DNA of 64,000 bases, taken from assembly GCF_016433145.1 (NCBI RefSeq), contig NC_058134.1, positions 124,559,305 to 124,623,304 on the forward strand, read 5' to 3'. This document shows positions 54,981 through 64,000 of this stretch, piece by piece. The stretch is from Gracilinanus agilis (taxonomy: Eukaryota). The notes under the pieces are model-generated. The model ran no database searches, was not told the DNA's origin, and worked only from the letters and a program-made list of their open reading frames with translations. Within the stretch, counting starts at the first letter, position 1. Each line of letters begins with the position of its first letter. Made by a program: the position numbers and the translations under genes.

Positions 54981-55567
54981 GGGTACCACCTACTTTTATA
55001 TCACTTTTAACTTAGAGAAAACCTAAGTCTCTTGATTTATTGGTTTGATTTAATTCTTGTCTATTAAAAGAAAACCATGTTTTATGTATCCTTTACTGAA
55101 TATATAGTTTCCTTGCTTCCTTCCTTGCTTGCTTCCTTGCTTGCTTGCTCAGCTCTAAGACAGAATGGTAAGGACTAGGCAAATGAGTTAAGTGACTTGC
55201 CCATAATCACACAGCTAAAGGAGTATCTGAGGCCACATTTGAACCCATGTCCATTTGACTCCAAGCCTGGTGCTCTATCCACTATGCTACCTAGCTGTTC
55301 CTAGTCTAGTTGTTTCCTTCATGCCTCTTTACTACTCATTTCCTATTCTTCTCAGCTCATATTTTTTTAAGGGATTATAAAATGGGAACAGAAGCAAGTT
55401 TTTCTGGATCTTGAGGGGCCTGTTGAGTTTCTCTGTTTCTCTCTGGTTGATAGGATCTATTGATTAAATTCTTTATGCTAGGCAGTTATCTGATAGATCA
55501 TAAGATCATAGAGCTAGAGGGGACCTTCAAGGCTATTGAGTCCAACTTCCTCATTTGATTAATGAGA

Positions 55568-55619
55568 AAATACAAGTGGGAAATGTTTAATAACATAAAA
55601 ACATTTCCCACTTGTATTT
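55568..55619. repeat. Perfect 21-bp inverted repeat with 10-nt loop
   Basis: AAATACAAGTGGGAAATGTTT / AAACATTTCCCACTTGTATTT. Confidence 0.97.
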
Positions 55620-58134
55620 AATTTGGTTCTGTCTGCTCTTGGATGTTTGCAGGCTCATATAAGCCTCAGGCAGCGAGTGTAACACTTCTGCACTATGCCA
55701 CATTTGAACTGAAATTGCCCTGGCATAATCAATTTAAGGGGCATCTAGGTGGCAGTGGATGGGACTTAGAGTCAGGAAGAATTAAGTTCAAATCTGCCCT
55801 CACACTTATTAATTGTATGACACAGGAGAAGTCACTTAACCTTGTTTGCCTCAGTTTCTTCATCTGTAAAAATGAGCTGGAGAAGGAAATGGCAGTCTGC
55901 TTTGGTCTCTTTGCCAAGAAAACCCCAAATGGGGTCATGAAGAGTCATACACAACCCAAACAAATGAGAACAACAAATCAATTTATATTTTAATTTCATA
56001 TTCTTAATACTTAGTCCCATTTTCAAGAAGAAACTTGGCTATGTAAAATCTTTTGGAGCCTATCAGGGCACACTTTTCCAAGCTTAAAGGACCCTGAACT
56101 AATAATAAAGATAGGTGACCGTGAAGAATCCAGGATGAGTTCAGATGGCGCCAGGTGTCTCTGACTTCAGGTAACAATAATGATCAGCCTAGAACAGACA
56201 TGAAACCCTTCACTTGCCCTAGAACAGGATTTCTTCCATTTTTGGGGGGTGCCATATATTCCTATGGCAGGTCGGTGAAGACACTTTCTCAGAATATTTT
56301 TAAATGCAAAAAATAAAATAGCATTATAAAGGAAACCAGTTATATAGAAGTATAGTTACTGACATATAAAGAGAAATTCAAATTCACAGACCCCAGGCTC
56401 AGAACTCCCCTGCCCTAGAGCTTTTCTGATGGGGGATTCTGATAGTATGCACCCACTAGACTAGGCCTCTTTCAAAGTTATCCCTATTTTGTCCTCCATC
56501 CCTGTGACTGAAATCAGAATAGGCTTTGAGGGTGGGTTGTGGGATGGTTGTACTGCTACAATATCTTCATTGTTGAATTTGAGGTTTTAAAAAGAAAACT
56601 GCCTCCCAGTTAAGGAATCACTTGATGTAAAATCCTAGTTCAATATCGAAAGGTACCAACTATTGATTGTAGGACTTTGGCAGACCATTTAGCAAGCAAC
56701 ATAAAGCAGCATTTTCCCCCCCTTTTTGGTCATCTTTCAGAAACTGCATGTACTTCTGATCATTGTAGAAGATTGGAATCTCAGGGGAAAAAATATTTCA
56801 CTTTAACTTCACTTGGGTCATGGTTCCTCACCAGGTTTCATAGCCTTAGCTCTTTGGAAATTTGAGATTTGGAAAGCGGTGAAAGGGAAATTGCTTGATT
56901 AGAGGCTCTCTCCCTCTCTCCACTTCCCTCCACCATGAAGCTTCTCTCCAATTGTATTAAGGCTCTAATTCTGCCCCAAGAGGGCCTATATTTCAAATGG
57001 GAATTAGAACAGCCGACCATTAAGTCCACTGAGTGGGTTGAGAATAATAATGATATAGCCAAATCATGGGAAGGGCTGCTTAGGATGAACATATTACCCA
57101 TTTCCCTTTCTGAGTTAGCTAAATTTCCAGGTCAAGTTACTTTAAGTATTTCCACAGCTTCCTCTCTCATTAAGATGGCCCACTCATTAGGAGATATGGT
57201 CCTTTTGCTAGGGAAGGCAATGGAGTTCAAATTTCCAAGTGTGAATATGATTTTCTTTCCTTTTTTTTCCCCCCTCCCTTCTTATAGGGCTTTATTTGGG
57301 CATTTGTAAGTAATGTGTCTTCTCCTAGGAAAAGAAAGCCTTCTTAGGAAAGTATGACTGATACTCAGATAGTATTCCTTCCATCTCTTTAAGCTCCCTT
57401 GTGGGGATCTCAGATGCTGCCCCTATGTCACTAACTGATCTCACTAAGTACCTGTCTGTTGTGTCCTTCTGGTATAGAGAAATGTTTTAGTTTTATTTAC
57501 TCCACAGCAGAGATTTGTGGCTCTGAGACCTGTTTTCAAAAAGGTCCATAGGATCATAAGATCTTAGATCTACTTCTGGAAAAGACCTGAGGCCAGGTAA
57601 TTAATATATATTGGGATATTCCTCTCTTCTCTGTTCCTGAAAATTGTTAATTATGATGCTGAGTGGGCACTTGCAATGTACTACCTTGGGAGTGTAACCA
57701 CAAAAAATAATATGGTTGGTGCAGTAATGATATTCATTGATAAAAACATAGCAAAAATTAGCATTTTTACTCTTCTAGCACAGTAGTTAGCCAGGCCCTA
57801 CTGGGCTGAGGCCACTGGGATCAGTAACTTTTGTCAATCCCTGTCCTTTCTCTGTCTTTTTAGTTTGCCCTGGGTTTATTGCTCTGAGGTTACCTGTCTC
57901 TTCAAAAAGGACACTAGACTCCTCAGTGCTTCATTTCCACCCCCTCCTCATATTTCCAAGGAACAATTCCATTTTTGGCTGAAGTTAAGGACTCTCTCTA
58001 GGAAGGTAGGGGGTGGTAAAAAGTGCCCAGACTACAAATGTGAATCAGATATAGAATAGATAATTTTATTCCCATATAGAAAAGGGCAATACTAAGCAAT
58101 AAAGGATCATAGAATGATTAGAACAGAACATAGT

Positions 58135-58212
58135 AATTTATCACTACTAGTACAGATGAGAGGCTAATAGTCAAATTTATCACTACTAGTACAGATGAGA
58201 GGCTAATAGTCA
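58135..58212. repeat. Perfect 39-bp tandem duplication
   Basis: AATTTATCACTACTAGTACAGATGAGAGGCTAATAGTCA x2. Confidence 0.97.
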
Positions 58213-60519
58213 AGCCTCATTGGGTCATTTGTAAACAGTTTGTGAGGGATGTTCATTAGCTATTTTATACTTCACCTCTCCCATTCCCAGTCTAGTTAAC
58301 ACCAAAAGGGCTTCTTTACCTTTCAGCTTTACCTGCCCTCTTCTCTTGCTGTTGCAGCTCCACTGGTATTGGTGCTGTGCTGCTCAGGTACTTGAGGGAG
58401 AGTTCCATATGTCTTTTAAGATCTCATAGGGCCTCGTACCCCCCAAAAGTTGACAGGCCATGAGTTCACAGTGTGTGGATAGTTGCTTGAGATTTCAGAG
58501 TCTGTATACTTTAGTGCTGTCAAGAAGAAGAGTTTGAAGGATTAGAGGGTTCCCCCTCTACCACATCCAGGGTGTTCAGTTTCAACTGTCATTTAAAAGA
58601 CTTTTGTCACCATACAATATGAACCCCTGAGTCATCATGGCCAGCAGTAAGCAATCTATGCTTTCTCAGAAGTTGAAGTTAATGGGAAATACCCCTTACC
58701 CCCTGGCCCATTATGCCTACTTTGAAAGAGGCCCACTCCAAAGTTTCATGGGCTTGACTAGAGCAAGGAGAAGGGAGGAAGCAACTGGACGCTATGGAAG
58801 CTGTTAAACTTGAGCTATAAAACCCTTAGTCTTAAAGGTGGGAGGGAAGAAAAACCCTAGTTAAATAAAAATAGTAATAATTTGTATAATAACTTATACA
58901 GTCTGATCTTTTAAAAAGTTTAGTTAGCCAACCTGGGAGAAAGCTTTTGACCTACAACTCTACATAATTTTTGAACCAAGTCCCCAATTATAGATGCACC
59001 AGTTGGATCAGATGACCTCTGAAAGCCCTTCCAATTCTGAGAGTTCAGAATTCCCAAGAGACTGGGAGGGTGGATGGGTATATATATATATATATATATA
59101 TACACATACACATAGGCAATAATGGAAAGTAGCTTGGGATTAGTGTTATAAGAATGGTATAAAGTGCTTCAGAAGTTCAGAGGAAGGGAAGAGCCCTTTA
59201 CAATGTTTGTACTAGAAAGATCCTAGAAGGTTGCACCCATTACAAATGAAAAAAGTAAAGCTCAGAGAAGCCAAATGAACTGTCAAATTTGCACAACTGG
59301 CAAATTAGCAAAGTGGCACAAATTTGCACAAGTGGCAAAACTGAGCCCCAAAATTAAGTGTACTGCTTCATAGTCAGGATTATTTCATAATTAACATTTA
59401 TTGAGCACCTATATTCAAAGCACTGTGCTAGGGGAGGGGAAGTAAGATGCATTAAACACATTTTGTCCCTTTCATATTAAATATAAAACCTACTTGGCTT
59501 TTAAAATCCTCTAAACCCCACCTCCTTCCTACCTTTCCTGTCTTCTTATATCTTATGCTTCTACTCCCACCCTATTGCAAGTGATACTGGTATCCTTGCT
59601 GTTATTTGAATAAGATACTCCTCCTTCAGATAGGGAATTTTTAATGGCTTTTCCTCATGAATGAAACCCTCTTCCCCCTCATCTTTGCCTCCTGCTTCCC
59701 TTGCTTCATTCATTTCCCAGCTAAAATCCCTCCTTTCATAGGAGACCTTTCCCAATCCTGCTTAATTCTAACCTTTTCCCTTTCATGATTATTTTCCATT
59801 TATTCTATATGTAGCTTGTCTGTTCATAGTCATTTGCATGTTGTCTCTCTTGTTAGACTATGAATGAGATCTTTGAGTGCAGGAACTATCTTTTAATTTT
59901 CTTTGTATCCCCAGTGCTTAGCATAGTGCCTGGCACATTTTAGGCACTTAATAAGTCTTTGTTGACTGCTACAAAAATGTATTGGTAAACAAAATATACT
60001 GCTGCATTGGCCACGTCCAAAAGGAATATACTCCTCATTTTGCACTTTGAATCTTTCATCTAGCAACATGTTTCATCATTAGTTCTCTAGAATTGTGGTT
60101 CATTATTATATTGATCAGAGTTCCTAAGTCTTTCAAAGTTATTTGTCTTTACGGTATTGTTCTCATTGTATACATTTTTCTTCTGGTTTAGTTCACTTCA
60201 CTCTGCATTAATTCACATAAATCTTCCCAGTTTTCTCTGAAAACTTTCATCCCCTTCATCATTTTTTATAGCACGATTGTATTCCATTACATTTATGTAC
60301 TATAACTTATCCAGCAATTCTTCAATTGATGAATACTCTCTCAGATTCCCATTTTGTCACCTCAAAAAGAGTTACATTTTTGTAATCCTTTGCTAGAGTT
60401 TGTTTTGCTTAAGACGGATCCCTCTCTTAATCTGTTGTCCTCATAATTCCTCCTTTTTTCTCTCCTAAATCTCTGTGAGTGAAATGTATTTCTATACCCA
60501 ACTCCATATATATATATAC

Positions 60520-60551
<32 letters not shown>

Positions 60552-63500
60552 TCTTTCCTCCTTTGAACAGTATAGATCAAAGTGAGGGTAAGGTGTCAGC
60601 CCTTCCTCTTTGTTTTTATGTATCTGCATTTGTGCACTTACTTATGTGAGAAAATTTTCTTTCAATTTCCACCCTATCCCTACACCCAGTATATTTCTTT
60701 TCCTTTTAATTTCTATTCTTCTTTTTAAGATCACCAAGACATGAGAACCACTTCCAGTGTAATTAGACTCCCTTCTTGCTGCCACTAATTCTTTGACTTA
60801 GTCAACTCCAGGGGACTTCCTATTTCATTCTTCAGTCCAGTTAATTTGGCCTTTTCTCTGTTCCTCACATTAGCCTATATCTCCTGGCCCTGACTGTTCC
60901 ACATTGCTGGAATGCCTTCTCTCTTTGCTTTTGCCTCTTCAGTTGCTTTCATTTATAGAGCTCTTCCAGGTTTCCAAAGGATTTTACATACATGATCTTA
61001 TTTGCTCTTCACAACAACCTGTAAAGTAAGCATTATTATTATCCCCATTTTGCAGAGGAGCAAACAGAGGCAGACAGAAGTTTAGTGATTTCACCTGGGT
61101 CACACAGCTAGGAAATGTTGGAGGTAGGATTAGAACTCAGGTCTTCTTGAGTCCATCATTCTACGCACCATTTTACCTAGCTGTTCTTTCTTGCTTAAGA
61201 TTTAAGATTTAAGAGGGACAGCTAGGTGGCTCAGTGGCTAGAGAGCCAAACCTGGAGTCCATATCTAGCCTCAGATTCTTCCTAGTTCTGTGACTCTGGT
61301 CAAGTCCCTTAACTCCAATTCCCTAGCCCTTATCACTCTTCTGCCTTAGAACTGACCCTTAGTATACATTCTAAGACAGAAAGTAAGGGTTAAAAAAAAG
61401 ATTCCGTTCAAGGACAGTCTTCTGAATATATTTCCTAATAGCCCCAAAGTCATTTAATGCCTTCCCTCCCAAACTCTTGTATTTAATGACTTCGGATATA
61501 TTTATATTCATTCACTTTCTACTTAGGCTGTTTGATTTTTATATGTATTTCTCTTTTTCTTCACTAGAATGTAAATTCCTTTTGGGTAGGGGTTATTTCT
61601 TTCTTTGTGTTTGTATCTCCAGCATTTGGCACACAGTAGGTTCTTAATCAATGTTCATTGTTTGATTCAAACATATTTGTAAACATATGGTTTATTGTGA
61701 TCAAAAACATAATCAGGATACAGTGACATCCTAGGCAGCTTCCCTAGCACACCAAGAATAAAAAAGACAAATGTATAACTTTCTTTAATTTGATGGCTTA
61801 TCTCTCTTTCATGCATCATTTCAAAAGGCATAAGGGCATTTTTTGTGAATACTGATATTTCCTGGGTGTCAGAAACAGAGTGGAAGGACAATAATAGCTT
61901 ACATTTATATAATACTGTTTATAAAGCGTACAGTTATAGATGCTTGCCTAGGGAATTTTTTTAGGCTCTTTCCACCTTTGAAAGGGCACAAATAGTAAGC
62001 AAGGAAAGAAACAAGCTAATCATCAAATGGTATTTAAATGCCTGGATGCACATGAGACTATGTACGGAGGTTCTGTTGCAAAGAATCCATGTGTCAAAGC
62101 ATAAAGATGCCCTTTTTCTAGGGTTGATTTTTTTTTCCCCTCTAAAGAACTTGAAGCCATATTTTACCATAACAACCTCAACTGATGAAACAGCATGTTA
62201 GAGTGGAAAGTACCCTGAATCCATTGTTATATTATGGAGAATAGAGCTGGAAGCTATATTGTTACATCAAAGCAGAACTCAGGATCATGAAGATCTTTGC
62301 ATTGTAACAAAAATAGAAGGGAGAATAGGAAGGGAATATTCCACAAAAGAGGTGTCAGAAACATGGCTTAAGTTTCCATTGCAGCCAATAATACTCCTGA
62401 GTGTAGTCTCAGTATAGCCTGAACCAGATTAAAATGAAATTGAGAAATATTTAACAAAATAAGTAAAAATACAGTAGGACACAGATAATGTTCATATGTG
62501 GTTTTCTGCGGCCACAGGGATCCTTGTGCTTGTGGCCCATTTCTACTTGAGCTTAACTGCTCTGCTTTATCAGACCACCTGTTTTCTCCCCCTCCCTCTA
62601 CTCTAGATGCAGCTCTTAGAATTGGGGACAGAATGTATGTAACCCCTTATTAGAAAGGCCTGGGTGTTCTTTGAGAGACTTCTCCCTATTCTTGCTTCTC
62701 GTCCTGACCCAGATAACTTCAATGTCTGGCCAGACCTCACTGTCCCTCAAGGCTGTTGACTTTCAGCTCCTCTTATAGGCACACCTGCTCATAAAACTCA
62801 AAACCTGGATTTATGAAGAAGTAAAAAGAAACAGAGAACTAATGTCAGAGCCCATGGAAAATCACAGTCCTCACCACTGAGCTACTCTGCCACCCAGCAG
62901 CCCACACGTCTCACCTAGTGTTGCCCGCCCGGAGCTGCGTTGCATGGCGTTGTCAGTGGAACAGTTCATTCCTCCGCTTCCAGAAGAGAATCTGGACTTT
63001 CTTTCATGGAGGGAATCGGCCCCAGAGCTACCTACTAGACAACACTGCATTTGCTCTTCAAAACATTCCATCAAACTAGACCACCTCCACTGCCCAAGCC
63101 GCCTCTTACGTGGCCATTTCTGTGGCTCCTGGTGGTACAATGGAGAGAATGCCAGGAAGACCTGGGCTCAAGTCCGGCCTCACATACGTACTGGCTGGGC
63201 AACCTCACTCAGCCTTCTTTGCCTTGGTTTCTGCTAAATGAGCTAGAGAAGGAAATGACAAACCACTCCAGTGACTTTGCCAAGAAAACCCCAAATGGAG
63301 TCACCAAATGTTGGACACGACAGAAATGACTGAACAAAAGCAACAACACGGCTCCTGACCTCCAAAACAAAAAATACGCAGAGAGATCTTGAGGCATTTT
63401 TTTTCCCCTCGTGCCTTGCAAGCATCTATATGCCTAGTTCTGTGCTGGTTTATGGTCCCTTACCATAGTTTATGTACTCTGTTTCCCAGGACTAAGCCTC

Positions 63501-64000
63501 CTTTCCTTGCCAAGCCTCCTTGCCATTCAGAAAGCCTTGGAGAGGACGACACATTCTCCCCACTCCTCTCTCAGATCACTCCTATTGCCCCACCCCAGGA
63601 AATTACAGATGGCTATTCAAATTATCCAGTGCTAGCCTCTGAAACATGGAGAGGATGGAGAATCCACATACCACATCCTTAACCCCTAACCTTCCAACCC
63701 TGTACTACTCTATCCTGGGAAGGCAAAAACTACATTTAGATCAATTAGTCACTCATTTTCCCTGTGCTTTACTGTGTCAATCACCCTTGACTCCCTATTC
63801 ACCCCAACTTTTTCCATTTTATTCGATCCTTACTCTTTTACTCAGATTTCTTTCTAATATTGTCAAATCTCTAAATCCTTGTATATTGCCAGTTCCTTTG
63901 GACTCTCTTAGAGTTCAGGAGTCCTGATTTGGGCTAAATATTAAGGAAACCTGTATCTCTACCTCTCTATCTCTCTCCCACTGTCTCCTCTCTGTTCTCT

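Noticed and set aside
56128-56142. CTCF-like CAGATGGCGCC
   Set aside because: Only the 3' part of the CTCF core matches.
56935-57309. 124-aa + strand ORF
   Set aside because: No recognisable domain, Kozak context or promoter; length is within chance for a 64-kb window.
59284-59339. 21-bp imperfect direct repeat; also short tandem pairs at 871-900 (15 bp) and 2896-2921 (13 bp)
   Set aside because: Small slippage duplications, mostly inside or beside transposon remnants, with no functional signature.

Overview
Marsupial genomic DNA. The SINE and L1 repertoire points to a didelphid, probably Monodelphis (inference). The window is orthologous to human 7q32.1 and carries four intact spliced genes that I reconstructed exon by exon: PAX4 (+, 10 coding exons, 15183-18903), FSCN3 (-, 6 coding exons, 38624-31601), ARF5 (-, 6 exons, 44703-40680) and GCC1 (+, 2 exons, 48038-51766). 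ARF5 and GCC1 are divergent, each from its own CpG island. The rest is mostly transposon debris (a 5'-intact but dead L1, other L1/L2/L3 fragments, young didelphid SINEs with TSDs, hAT MITEs, LTR pieces, a 7SL retrocopy) plus two assembly gaps. Best second-look items: an orphan CpG-retaining promoter-like element between PAX4 and FSCN3 with an inverted pair of ZNF143-type motifs, next to an unexplained AT-rich block with possible LRR fossils; the PAX4 upstream HNF1+E-box enhancer and a perfect paired-homeodomain P2 palindrome; an apparently re-framed PAX4 C-terminal exon and a lengthened exon 8; a forced GC-AG intron in FSCN3; a shared CAGGAGCAG-CRE module at ARF5 and GCC1; a perfect 21-bp hairpin; and a candidate CpG-initiated antisense transcript converging on GCC1. 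No database searches were possible; all comparisons to human proteins and repeat consensuses are from memory. I found no clear evidence of a wholly new biological system.
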